From assembly GCA_964399575.1 (NCBI GenBank), contig CAYNRI010000004.1, forward strand, positions 1 through 62,386: a DNA stretch of 62,386 nucleotides, given 5' to 3'. The notes under the pieces were generated by a model. That model ran no database searches. It saw nothing but the letters and a program-made list of their open reading frames with translations, and had not been told where the DNA came from. Every line of letters starts with the position of its first letter. The stretch's first letter is position 1. Source of the DNA: an uncultured Rikenellaceae bacterium. GTDB taxonomy: Bacteria > Bacteroidota > Bacteroidia > Bacteroidales > VadinHA17. The position numbers and the translations under genes were made by a program. Shown here in pieces: positions 1 to 8,994 of the stretch.

Positions 1-577
1 ATTCCGGAAAATCAGCCCAGACCCTGTATTTGCTGTCCAGGCTTCGAAGAACTCTTTTCCATGTATTGTCTAAGTTATAACTATCGAGGGCAATAGTTCC
101 CCTCGCTTTTACAATAACCCATGAGTTCTCCTTCAGTTCCCGTTCAAGCTGACCAGCCGACCAGCCTGAATAACCAAGGAAAAACCTTATCTGCGACCTT
201 TGAAGCTTATCCGCATTTATTAAATCACGAACTGATTCTATATCTCCCCCCCAGTAAATACTATCATCTACCCTGACACTCTTAGGGATTTTACTGCCCT
301 GGTTATGAAGATAATGCAGTGTGTCAGGTGATACAGGGCCTCCCATACTCAGATACTCTTCCCACTTGTCAAATCCTGATATAGCATCGCATACCCGGAT
401 GTCAAGTTTCTTGTTAAGGATAAATCCGACTGAACCTTCACTGTTATGATCCGCGAGATAGACAATAGTACGGTTAAAGAAGGTATCAGGAAGAAAAGGC
501 TCCGAGATCAGTATTTTTCCTTTTTCAGGGATCTTGTCTTCCGGAAGAATAGTAAATAAATCAACTTCAGGTTTCAT
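1..577 (-). CDS. YqgE/AlgH (UPF0301) family protein, C-terminal end cut by window edge
   Basis: Absent from the ORF track because it runs off the window. My minus-strand translation from the ATG at 577-575 reads MKPEVDLFTILPEDKIPEKGKILISEPFLPDTFFNRTIVYLADHNSEGSVGFILNKKLD... and stays open to position 1 (192 codons). The ILISEP..F.R..V.L..H...GS.GFILNK pattern is the YqgE/AlgH signature. Confidence 0.7.
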   Translation of the reverse strand, partial: MKPEVDLFTILPEDKIPEKGKILISEPFLPDTFFNRTIVYLADHNSEGSVGFILNKKLDIRVCDAISGFDKWEEYLSMGGPVSPDTLHYLHNQGSKIPKSVRVDDSIYWGGDIESVRDLINADKLQRSQIRFFLGYSGWSAGQLERELKENSWVIVKARGTIALDSYNLDNTWKRVLRSLDSKYRVWADFPE

Positions 578-604
578 AATCATTGTCTGAAGTACTTCAG
601 ATTA

Positions 605-612
605 CAAAGGTA
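605..612 (-). promoter_or_regulatory. Bacteroidota-type -7 promoter box (TACCTTTG = TAnnTTTG) upstream of the yqgE-like gene
   Basis: The plus strand reads caaaggta, whose reverse complement TACCTTTG matches TAnnTTTG. It lies about 28 nt upstream of the ATG at 577. Confidence 0.3.
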
Positions 613-741
613 TAATTTTGATAAGCAGTAATAAATATTTACAGTTAATTTATAACAACTTTAACATTCGTCTTAGAGGCAGTTTAAATCCGGCTGCTGC
701 AACAACACACTGACACTGTTTTAACTCCGGAATTACACCAA

Positions 742-3156
742 TTAGTATTTTTCAGGATAAGATTCTTTCATAATTCTATAGACTGCATCAAAGATATCTT
801 CAGCGCTTGGTTTTGAAAAATAGTCGCCGTCAGTTGTGTACGCAGGTCTGTGTTCCTTACCTGTCAGTGTTACAGGAGGAGAGTCAAGATAGTTCCATCC
901 TCCCTGTTGTTCGAGTACCTGCTGCATCATAAAGGCAGTCGTACCGCCGGGAACATCCTCATCAAGGAATAGAATCCTGTTAGTCTTTCTCACTGAGCCT
1001 AATATTATCCTGTTTAGGTCAAAAGGGACAAGTGTCTGGACATCGATCAGCTCAACAGAAATATTGTGTACATCAAGCTGCCTGGCTGCCTCAGCAGCAA
1101 TCCTGACAGTCGAGCCGTATGTTACAACAGTAATATCCTTACCTTCATTTAATATCTCTGGTATACCAAGTGGTATCCTGAACTCTCCGATATTATCGGG
1201 CATTCTTTCTTTCAGCCGGTATCCGTTAAGGGGTTCAATCACTATAGCCGGGTCGTTACCTTCAAGCAAGGTGTTGTAAAAGCCTGCTGCTCTTGTCATA
1301 TCGCGGGGAGCACAGATATAAACACCTCTTACAGAATTAATTAACATACTCATCGGAGATCCGGAATGCCAGATACCCTCAAGTCTGTGGCCTCTTGTCG
1401 ATATGATCAGAGGAGCAACCATTCTTCCGGCTGTCCTGTAATGGGTTGTTGCCAGATCGTCACTCAGTATCTGCAGAGCATACATCAGGTAGTCAAGGTA
1501 CTGTATCTCGGAAATCGGTCTCATACCCCTGAGAGCCAAACCAATACCCTGACCCAGGATTGTTGCTTCCCTGATTCCGGTATCGGTTATCCGTAACTCA
1601 CCGAATTTTTTCTGGAGTCCCTCAAGCGACTGGTTCACACCTCCTATTCTGCCTGTATCCTCGCCGAAAGTCACAAGCAGCGGATATTTGGAAAACAGCC
1701 TTTCATAATTATCCCGGAGGATTTGCCTTCCGGGGACTTCCGGAGAGCTTTCAGAGTAAACAGGCGGTACCGGCTTAACATTCATAACTGATGCAGGTGT
1801 CTCATTGTAGAGATAAGCATCATAGCTATGATCAGCATCCTCATAATTGCGCTTCAGCCATCCCTGAAGCTCAATGCGCAGATTATCAGCTTTAAGACAT
1901 GTTCCGCAGATATTCCTTAGTATCTTCCTGGCAGCCTGGAAATTATCCTTTCGGATAGGTGAAATCACCTTCATCAGTTCATCGGTTATCTCGTCAACTG
2001 ATGCTTCCTTAACTTCCTCATGGCAACGGCATGTACGTTCCCTGATTATCTTTACAAGAGCATCGCGTTCGATCCTGATCGGTTCCTGGAACATCTCCCA
2101 TCCTTTTTTTCTGGCTTCCTTAGCCTCTTCCTCAGTCTCTGTAGCAATCCTGTCAAGATCCTCCTCACTTGCAACCTTCTGACTAAGGATCCATTCTCTC
2201 ATTTTTTTTATGGGATCGAAATCCTCCTCCCACTTAAGCCGCTCAGGACTTTTATAACGTTCGTGGGAACCGGAAGTTGAATGGCCGAGAGGTTGCGTGA
2301 CTTCTTCTATATGGAACAGAACAGGAACATGTTCCCTCCTGCAAACCCCGATACCCTCTTCATAGAGTTTCAATAATCCGGGATAATCCCATCCCTTTCC
2401 CTTATAAATCTTTATCCCTGGCCTGTTCTCTTCACTTTCAAATCCCTTCAGAATATCAGAGATACTTCCTTTCGTTGTCTGGTATTCTTTGGGAACAGAA
2501 ATACCATAACCGTCATCATACACAGTAACAGCCATTGGTACCTGAAGTACGCCGGCAGCGTTGATTGTCTCCCAGAAATGACCTTCGGATGTGCTTGCAT
2601 CACCTATTGAACCAAAGGCTACCTCATTACCTTTGAGAGAAAGGCTTGTATAGGAGTGGAGATCCTTATTCTGACGGAATAGTTTTGACGCATATGCCAA
2701 TCCCAGCAATCTTGGCATCTGCCCTGCTGTAGGCGAAATATCGGACGAAGAATTCTTTTGTTTCATCAGGTCTTTCCAACTGCCATCCGGATTGATGTTC
2801 GGTACTGAAAAATGATTATTAAAGACCCTCCCTCCGCTGCCTGTAAAAACACTCCTGTCGGTATTACCGTATAGCTGATGAAAAAATTCAAGGGGATTAT
2901 AAAGACCCATCGCCATCATCCAGGTCTGATCCCTGTAATAACCCGATCTCCAGTCTCCATTCCTGAACTGCTTCGCCAGTGCTATCTGCGCCAGCTCTTT
3001 CCCATCTCCGAAAATCCCGAATTTTGCTTTTCCTGACAATACCTCACGACGACCTATTATGCTAAGGTTCCGGCTAAGGATTGCAAGCCTGAAATCGGCC
3101 AGTATCTCTTCATTGCTGGGTTGGGTATTTAATACCGAAACATTTTTTTTCATCAT
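742..3156 (-). CDS. TPP-dependent 2-oxoacid (branched-chain type) dehydrogenase E1 component, fused alpha/beta subunits
   Basis: The N-terminal half resembles E1-alpha (GDGKELAQIA, GDASTSEGHFWE). The C-terminal half resembles E1-beta/transketolase (FGEDTG..GGV, EATILGQGIGLA). The track ORF starts at a TTG (3186); the first ATG is at 3156 (MMKKNVS...). Confidence 0.8.
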   Translation of the reverse strand: MMKKNVSVLNTQPSNEEILADFRLAILSRNLSIIGRREVLSGKAKFGIFGDGKELAQIALAKQFRNGDWRSGYYRDQTWMMAMGLYNPLEFFHQLYGNTDRSVFTGSGGRVFNNHFSVPNINPDGSWKDLMKQKNSSSDISPTAGQMPRLLGLAYASKLFRQNKDLHSYTSLSLKGNEVAFGSIGDASTSEGHFWETINAAGVLQVPMAVTVYDDGYGISVPKEYQTTKGSISDILKGFESEENRPGIKIYKGKGWDYPGLLKLYEEGIGVCRREHVPVLFHIEEVTQPLGHSTSGSHERYKSPERLKWEEDFDPIKKMREWILSQKVASEEDLDRIATETEEEAKEARKKGWEMFQEPIRIERDALVKIIRERTCRCHEEVKEASVDEITDELMKVISPIRKDNFQAARKILRNICGTCLKADNLRIELQGWLKRNYEDADHSYDAYLYNETPASVMNVKPVPPVYSESSPEVPGRQILRDNYERLFSKYPLLVTFGEDTGRIGGVNQSLEGLQKKFGELRITDTGIREATILGQGIGLALRGMRPISEIQYLDYLMYALQILSDDLATTHYRTAGRMVAPLIISTRGHRLEGIWHSGSPMSMLINSVRGVYICAPRDMTRAAGFYNTLLEGNDPAIVIEPLNGYRLKERMPDNIGEFRIPLGIPEILNEGKDITVVTYGSTVRIAAEAARQLDVHNISVELIDVQTLVPFDLNRIILGSVRKTNRILFLDEDVPGGTTAFMMQQVLEQQGGWNYLDSPPVTLTGKEHRPAYTTDGDYFSKPSAEDIFDAVYRIMKESYPEKY

Positions 3157-3263
3157 GCTTCCTGTTAGTGATTTTCTGATCCACAAACAATAAACAAAAT
3201 AACATCGTTGTTGTTTAAAATTAAGAAGAAATGATAATTATCTTTGGCTGGCAGGTAAAAATA

Positions 3264-3494
3264 ATGACGATGTTTATCAAGTTACTTATAATAAGCGCAC
3301 TGATCTTACTTCTTGTTTTTGCTCTTCTAGGGATAAGGATGTTAATAAAACCAGGAGGGCGGTTCCCGGAGACTCATGTCGGTCATAACAAGGACATGAA
3401 AAAGCTTGGTATCAGGTGTGCACAGCACCAGGATCTGGGATGTAATCCTCTTGAAAGTTCCGGCAGTTGTACGACCTGCGGAAAAAGCTTTTAA
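3264..3494 (+). CDS. Small membrane protein with one TM helix and a four-cysteine C-terminal tail (possible NqrM-like factor)
   Basis: Reads MTMFIKLLIISALILLLVFALLGIRML then ...GIRCAQHQDLGCNPLESSGSCTTCGKSF. Alternative ATGs are at 3231 and 3270. It converges on apbE with a 4-nt overlap at the 3' ends. Confidence 0.45.
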   Translation: MTMFIKLLIISALILLLVFALLGIRMLIKPGGRFPETHVGHNKDMKKLGIRCAQHQDLGCNPLESSGSCTTCGKSF

Positions 3495-4507
3495 TTTGCT
3501 TCTGAGATATTCTTTTTCAGCGATTCTGACATCCAGGTCCTGAAGTTCCCCGAATCATCCGAGTAAACAAGAAATCCCTCAAATTCCGGATGACCCGCAA
3601 GGAATTCAATTGTTCTATCCTTCCCCATTACCATACAGGCAGTTGCCACTCCGTCGGCAGTAGCACAGTCTCCTGCCAGGATTGTTGCGCTTAGCAACTG
3701 ATTCCTTGCCGGATAGCCTGTGACAGGATCAATTGTATGGGAATATTTTATCCCGTTTTCAACATAGAATTTCCTGTAGTTACCGGATGTAGCCAGAGAC
3801 CTGTTTTTCATGCTTATTATAGCCTGGAGTTCCTGTCCGGCAACCATATTATTTTCTTCCGGCCTGTCAATACCAATTCTCCACTCTCTTCCACCTCTGT
3901 CTCCTCTTACTCTCACTTCCCCTCCTATCTCAATCAGGTACCTCTTAAGCCCAAGTCCGTCAAAAAAACCGGCTATCACATCAACTGAATAACCCTGGGC
4001 TATGGCATTAAAATCGAGACTGACCCGGGGATCTGTTTTTACAAGCATCCCATCTTTTATGTCAACTTTTTCCATTCCAATAAGGGCCAGCAGACTATCC
4101 CTGGATGATTCCGTAAAACCCCTTACTTCATCAGGTCCGAAGCCCCATGCCTTAACAAGAGGCCCTATTGTAATATCAAAAGCTCCCCCGGTAAGTTCCC
4201 ATATCTTTTTTGACTGCGAAAAGACATCAAGAAAAAAAGAATCAGGAACAGCATATTCATTCCGATTGATCTTTGTTACTATCGATGAATCCTGATATAA
4301 AGAAAGAGACATGTCGAATTTGTAAAGGATAGTCTCCACTTTGAACTGAAGTTCCTCAGGACTCAGATTCCCGGGGTTTTCATACGTAATGCTGTATGTT
4401 GTACCCTGGGTGAACCCATTGAAAGAAGAAAACTCACTTTCCTTCTCTTTACATGATAAAGAGGTAATTAACAATAAAATAACAAAGCCGGTCAGTCCTT
4501 TTTTCAT
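3491..4507 (-). CDS. apbE: FAD:protein FMN transferase ApbE (lipoprotein)
   Basis: Has a lipobox (LITSLSC) and ApbE motifs (GAFDITIGPLV, AIAQGY, TSGNYRKF, YSHTIDP.TG). It sits directly downstream of nqrF. Confidence 0.85.
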   Translation of the reverse strand: MKKGLTGFVILLLITSLSCKEKESEFSSFNGFTQGTTYSITYENPGNLSPEELQFKVETILYKFDMSLSLYQDSSIVTKINRNEYAVPDSFFLDVFSQSKKIWELTGGAFDITIGPLVKAWGFGPDEVRGFTESSRDSLLALIGMEKVDIKDGMLVKTDPRVSLDFNAIAQGYSVDVIAGFFDGLGLKRYLIEIGGEVRVRGDRGGREWRIGIDRPEENNMVAGQELQAIISMKNRSLATSGNYRKFYVENGIKYSHTIDPVTGYPARNQLLSATILAGDCATADGVATACMVMGKDRTIEFLAGHPEFEGFLVYSDDSGNFRTWMSESLKKNISEAN

Positions 4508-4544
4508 AACAGATTCTTCCTCCAGTTAGCAACTTACTCGGAAC

Positions 4545-5798
4545 TCATATTCCGAAATCATCAAATGATATATTCTCCGCAGGTATCCCAAGATTATAAA
4601 GCATCTTAACAACTGCATTGTTCATCATCGGAGGTCCGCAGAAATAGTACTCAATATCCTCAGGTTCATCAAGTTTGCTAAGATAATTATCATACAGGAC
4701 CTGATGTATAAACCCTTTATAGCCTGTCCAGTTATCCTGAGGCAAAGGTTCAGACAGTGCGAGATTAAAAGTGAAATTCGGGAATTCCTTTTCAATTGCC
4801 CGGAATTCATCCTCATAGAAAACTTCCCGTAATGAACGGGCCCCGTACCAGTATGATACTTTCCGGGTAGTCTTAAGGGTATGAAAGAGATGAAAGATAT
4901 GGGACCTGAGTGGCGCCATTCCTGCGCCTCCCCCTATATAGATCATCTCATTGTTAGTCTTCTTTATATGAAATTCCCCGTAAGGACCTGATATCATTAC
5001 CTTATCACCCGCCTTCCTTGAGAAAATATAGGAAGAACATATTCCTGGAGGCACATTCAGGAATTGTTTCTTAACATTATCCCAGGGTGGAGTTGCTATC
5101 CTTATGTTAAGCTTGATAAGATTTTTCTCGGCGGGATAATTAGCCATTGAATAAGCCCGGAAAGTTTCCGTTCTGTTTTTGATGCTCAGATCCCACATTT
5201 TATATGAATCCCAGTCAGCCCTGAACTGTTCCTGGATATTAAAATCCCTGAATTTTACCTCATAATGAGGCACATCTATCTGGATATAGCCTCCCGGCTC
5301 GAATTCAAGCTTCTCTCCTTCCGGAAGCTTAACGACAAATTCCTTTATGAATGTTGCAACATTCCTGTTCGAAACAACTTCGCATTCCCATTTCCTTATT
5401 CCGAGAACCGATTCCGGAAGCTTTATTGTCATGGGTTCCCTTACTTTAACCTGGCAGCCAAGGCGCCAGTTGTTAAGCTGTTCTTTCCTTGTGAAGAATC
5501 CTGTCTCGGTAGGCAGTATTGATCCGCCCCCTTCCATCACCTGGCATTTGCACATACCGCATGTTCCGCCTCCTCCGCATGCAGAAGGAAGAAAGATACT
5601 ATTAGATGATAATGTAGTCAGCAGATTAGAACCCGGTGATACTGTTATTTTCCGGTCATTAATATTAAGTTCAACATCTCCTTTAGGGGTTAACTTATCT
5701 CTGGCAAACAGAAGGAGTCCGACAAGAATAATTATTACAAGCAGAAATACAATTATACTGTAGAATATTGTTCCGAGAGTAGTGACAGCTAAGATCAT
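4545..5798 (-). CDS. nqrF: Na+-translocating NADH:quinone reductase subunit F
   Basis: N-terminal TM helix, a 2Fe-2S ferredoxin motif (CGGGGTCGMCKC) and FAD/NAD-binding motifs (RAYSMAN, GGGAGMAP). Confidence 0.9.
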   Translation of the reverse strand: MILAVTTLGTIFYSIIVFLLVIIILVGLLLFARDKLTPKGDVELNINDRKITVSPGSNLLTTLSSNSIFLPSACGGGGTCGMCKCQVMEGGGSILPTETGFFTRKEQLNNWRLGCQVKVREPMTIKLPESVLGIRKWECEVVSNRNVATFIKEFVVKLPEGEKLEFEPGGYIQIDVPHYEVKFRDFNIQEQFRADWDSYKMWDLSIKNRTETFRAYSMANYPAEKNLIKLNIRIATPPWDNVKKQFLNVPPGICSSYIFSRKAGDKVMISGPYGEFHIKKTNNEMIYIGGGAGMAPLRSHIFHLFHTLKTTRKVSYWYGARSLREVFYEDEFRAIEKEFPNFTFNLALSEPLPQDNWTGYKGFIHQVLYDNYLSKLDEPEDIEYYFCGPPMMNNAVVKMLYNLGIPAENISFDDFGI

Positions 5799-5814
5799 TA
5801 CAAGATAATATCAG

Positions 5815-6432
5815 TTATAGTTTAATTCCCATAAATCCCATGAAGGCAATTGCCATAAGCCCGGTGAGTATGAATGTTATGCCAAGACCCCTCAAGGGAG
5901 CTGGCACATTACTGTAACGCATCTTCTCCCTTATTGCCGCTATACCCACTATAGCCAGGAACCATCCCACACCTGATCCCACACCAAATACAGTTGCTTC
6001 AATGACATTATCATATTCGCGTTCCTGCATGAAGAGTGAGGCACCAAGTATCGCACAGTTGACTGCAATCAGCGGAAGGAAGATCCCAAGGGAATTATAC
6101 AGTGCCGGACTGAACTTCTCGACAACCATTTCAACAAGCTGGACCATAGCAGCAATTATTGCTATGAAGATCATAAAAGTAAGGAAGCTGAGGTCGACAT
6201 CTGCAAATCCTTCACCAAGCCATATAAGTGCACCTTTTTTAAGTATATATTTTTCAATAAGGAAGTTAACAGGCACTGTTATCAGGAGAACGAAAATAAC
6301 CGCTACACCCAGTCCTATCGATGTTTTAACCGTTTTGGAAACAGCAAGATAAGAGCACATCCCAAGAAAGAATGCGAATATCATGTTGTCGACGAAAATC
6401 GATTTAATGAATATGTTCAATAGGTTTTCCAT
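5815..6432 (-). CDS. nqrE: Na+-NQR subunit E
   Basis: Polytopic RnfA/NqrE-type membrane protein ([20 protein letters not shown]) in the correct operon position. Confidence 0.9.
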   Translation of the reverse strand: MENLLNIFIKSIFVDNMIFAFFLGMCSYLAVSKTVKTSIGLGVAVIFVLLITVPVNFLIEKYILKKGALIWLGEGFADVDLSFLTFMIFIAIIAAMVQLVEMVVEKFSPALYNSLGIFLPLIAVNCAILGASLFMQEREYDNVIEATVFGVGSGVGWFLAIVGIAAIREKMRYSNVPAPLRGLGITFILTGLMAIAFMGFMGIKL

Positions 6433-6445
6433 AATGTCTCACTCT

Positions 6446-7096
6446 TTATTTTTCAATCAATTCCTTGTTTCTGCTTCTCTGCACCCATATAATCAGCCCT
6501 ATCAGTATGAGCGCCATGGGAGGCAGGATAACCATTCCGTTATTTTCATATCCGGTTCTGTAAACTCCAAGCTTTTCCATAACAGGATAACCATAGATAG
6601 TTCCCGATCCAAGCAGTTCCCTGACGAAGGCAACGATTATCAGTATAATTCCGTATCCGCCTCCGTTCCCCAGTCCGTCAATAAAGGAGGGCCATGGTTT
6701 GTTTGCCATTGCAAATGCCTCCAGCCTGCCCATAATTATACAGTTGGTTATTATCAGTCCGACAAAGACCGAGAGCTGTTTGCTTACATCAAACACATAA
6801 GCCTTGAGGAACTGGTCAACAAGGATAACAAGAGTAGCTATCACTACAAGCTGGACTATTATCCTGATCCTGTCGGGGATATACTTCCGCATTGCAGCTA
6901 TTATAAGATTTGAAACAGCCAAAACAATTGTAACAGAGAGGGCCATTACAATTGCCGGTTTCAGTTTCACTGTAACAGCCAGGGCTGAACATATACCAAG
7001 GACCTGGACTGTTATCGGATTATTCTTATTCAGGGGACCCGTCAGTAATGTCAGATTCTTCATTGAGAACACAGGGTCTTTTTCAGTATTGCTCAT
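6446..7096 (-). CDS. nqrD: Na+-NQR subunit D
   Basis: NqrD/RnfE-type sequence (NNPITVQVLGICSALAVT, FVGLIITNCIIMGR). Confidence 0.9.
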   Translation of the reverse strand: MSNTEKDPVFSMKNLTLLTGPLNKNNPITVQVLGICSALAVTVKLKPAIVMALSVTIVLAVSNLIIAAMRKYIPDRIRIIVQLVVIATLVILVDQFLKAYVFDVSKQLSVFVGLIITNCIIMGRLEAFAMANKPWPSFIDGLGNGGGYGIILIIVAFVRELLGSGTIYGYPVMEKLGVYRTGYENNGMVILPPMALILIGLIIWVQRSRNKELIEK

Positions 7097-7099
7097 ATC

Positions 7100-7801
7100 C
7101 TATATCTTTATTTTATTGAAGTATTCCGTATACTTTGAAAGGCAGTCGGAAAGCATTTTTTCAAGGCCCTTGCTTGTTATTGTTCCCCCGGAGATAGCAT
7201 CAACGCCATGAAGATCATCAGTATCTGCACCCCCCTTCAGAACCTGTACCGATACAAAATGTCCGTTCTCGAAAAGCTTTTTGCCGGCAAACATGCTTTC
7301 GAAGGCAGTAGTGTTTATTTCTGCTCCAAGACCCGGTGTCTCACCTTTGTGGTCAAAATTGACTCCGTAGATCGTATTCAGATCAGACCTGAGTGACACA
7401 TATCCATATATGGGACCCCACAGTCCTTTGCCCTCTACAGGCAGAATAAGAACTTTTTCACCATCATCAGGAAATGCCCTGAAAACCGGAAGATTCTGAT
7501 CTTCTATCTTTTTTTTCTGTTCATTTCTGAGAACGACTGTAAAGGCATCAACACCTTCAACAGGTTCTCCCCTTGAGTTAAGGACAAAACCTTCAGTTAT
7601 ATACTTGTCATAAAGCTCTTCGGTATTACTGCGGGTGGAAGATACGCCGATCGATTCAAGCATGCTCCTTTTCTTTTCGATCTCAAGGTTCTTTTCCTGA
7701 GCCGGCTGAAACAATGTGGCTGCAAGAGACAAAAGAGATGCCACAGCTACAACCATTATAGTTGAAAAAACAAAAATATAGCGGTTACTGAACTGTTTCA
7801 T
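7100..7801 (-). CDS. nqrC: Na+-NQR subunit C (FMN-binding)
   Basis: N-terminal anchor plus the FMN attachment motif SGGTITS. Overlaps nqrB by 4 nt. Confidence 0.85.
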   Translation of the reverse strand: MKQFSNRYIFVFSTIMVVAVASLLSLAATLFQPAQEKNLEIEKKRSMLESIGVSSTRSNTEELYDKYITEGFVLNSRGEPVEGVDAFTVVLRNEQKKKIEDQNLPVFRAFPDDGEKVLILPVEGKGLWGPIYGYVSLRSDLNTIYGVNFDHKGETPGLGAEINTTAFESMFAGKKLFENGHFVSVQVLKGGADTDDLHGVDAISGGTITSKGLEKMLSDCLSKYTEYFNKIKI

Positions 7802-8973
7802 TTTACCTGTATATTAAGTGCGGGTCTGGCGCGTTTAACCCTTCTTTTTATATGTGATTCGATCACGAAATGATCTATCAGGGGGGCAAAGAGGTTCATC
7901 AGCAGAATTGCAAGCATTACGCCCTCCGGGTATGCAGGGTTAAGGACCCTCAGCAGGATCGAAAGAACCCCGATAAGGAAGCCGTAGATCCACTTGCCCT
8001 TTTCAGTCTGGGCTGCCGTTACAGGATCCGTGGCCATGAAGACAGCCCCGAAAGCAAATCCTCCCATTACAAAATGATAATAGAAAGGCAGCTCCATATA
8101 GGCATTGGCAGCTACAGCATTCAGAAGCAATCCCATTGAAAGGCCTCCGGCAAATACACTTACAATAATTTTCCAGCTGCCTACTCCTGTAATAATAAGT
8201 ATAAGAGCTCCCAGGAGAATTGCAGCAGCAGAGGTCTCACCAACAGACCCTGGTATCGTTCCAATGAACATTTCAATGAAAGATGGAAGCTCTGACAGCT
8301 CACCTGCAGCACTTAATGAAAGAGGGGTTGCACCTGAAAAACCATCAACAATATTCTTACCAGTCCTCAGTCCTTCCGTCCAAACCTCGTCGCCTGTCAT
8401 CCAGCCCGGATAACTGAAGAAAAGGAAAGCCCTTGCAAGAAGTGCGGGGTTGAAAACATTCATACCTGTTCCCCCGAAGACCTCCTTGCCCAATATCACA
8501 GCAAACGCCGTCGAAACAGCAAGCATCCACAAAGGCACATCAATTGGCATTATAAGCGGAATAAGCAAGCCTGAAACAAGGAAACCCTCATTTATTTCAT
8601 GCCCCCGTATCTGCGCAGCAATAAATTCAATACCGAGACCTGTTATATAGCTTACAATTATTAGTGGGAGAAGCTTCAGGAATCCGAATCCAAAACATCT
8701 CAGCACCGTTGCGTCAACCCCGACCGATCTGAAGTGCTGTAAACCCACATTCCAGGCTCCGAAAAGCAGAGCCGGGACCAGAGCTATAATGACAACTGTC
8801 ATTGTACGTTTCAGATCGATACTGTCGCGTATATGGGATCCTTTGAAAGTAACCCTATCCGCAACAAACATAAAGGATTCAAAACCCTCGAAAACCGATC
8901 GCAGTTTCGAAAACTTCCCTCCCTCAGAGAAGTGCGGTTTCAGTTTATCTATCTTGTTTCTTAAGGAATTCAT
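7798..8973 (-). CDS. nqrB: Na+-NQR subunit B
   Basis: Polytopic NqrB/RnfD-like protein (GKEVFGGTGMN.FNPAL, FSGATPL, FMATDPVT). Confidence 0.9.
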   Translation of the reverse strand: MNSLRNKIDKLKPHFSEGGKFSKLRSVFEGFESFMFVADRVTFKGSHIRDSIDLKRTMTVVIIALVPALLFGAWNVGLQHFRSVGVDATVLRCFGFGFLKLLPLIIVSYITGLGIEFIAAQIRGHEINEGFLVSGLLIPLIMPIDVPLWMLAVSTAFAVILGKEVFGGTGMNVFNPALLARAFLFFSYPGWMTGDEVWTEGLRTGKNIVDGFSGATPLSLSAAGELSELPSFIEMFIGTIPGSVGETSAAAILLGALILIITGVGSWKIIVSVFAGGLSMGLLLNAVAANAYMELPFYYHFVMGGFAFGAVFMATDPVTAAQTEKGKWIYGFLIGVLSILLRVLNPAYPEGVMLAILLMNLFAPLIDHFVIESHIKRRVKRARPALNIQVK

Positions 8974-8994
8974 TCCAGTATATTTCTCAGATTC

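Noticed and set aside
1064-2280. Several plus-strand ORFs (1064-1279, 1366-1596, 1874-2182, 2020-2280) lie inside the E1 dehydrogenase gene. Many similar 60-170-aa antisense ORFs sit inside nqr, moeA, AOR, the giant paralogs, korA, bamA, prs and others.
   Set aside because: They are embedded antisense or out of frame within long ORFs that have clear family motifs. Their translations are low-complexity (Ser/Leu/Ile-rich) with no recognisable motifs. These are shadow ORFs.
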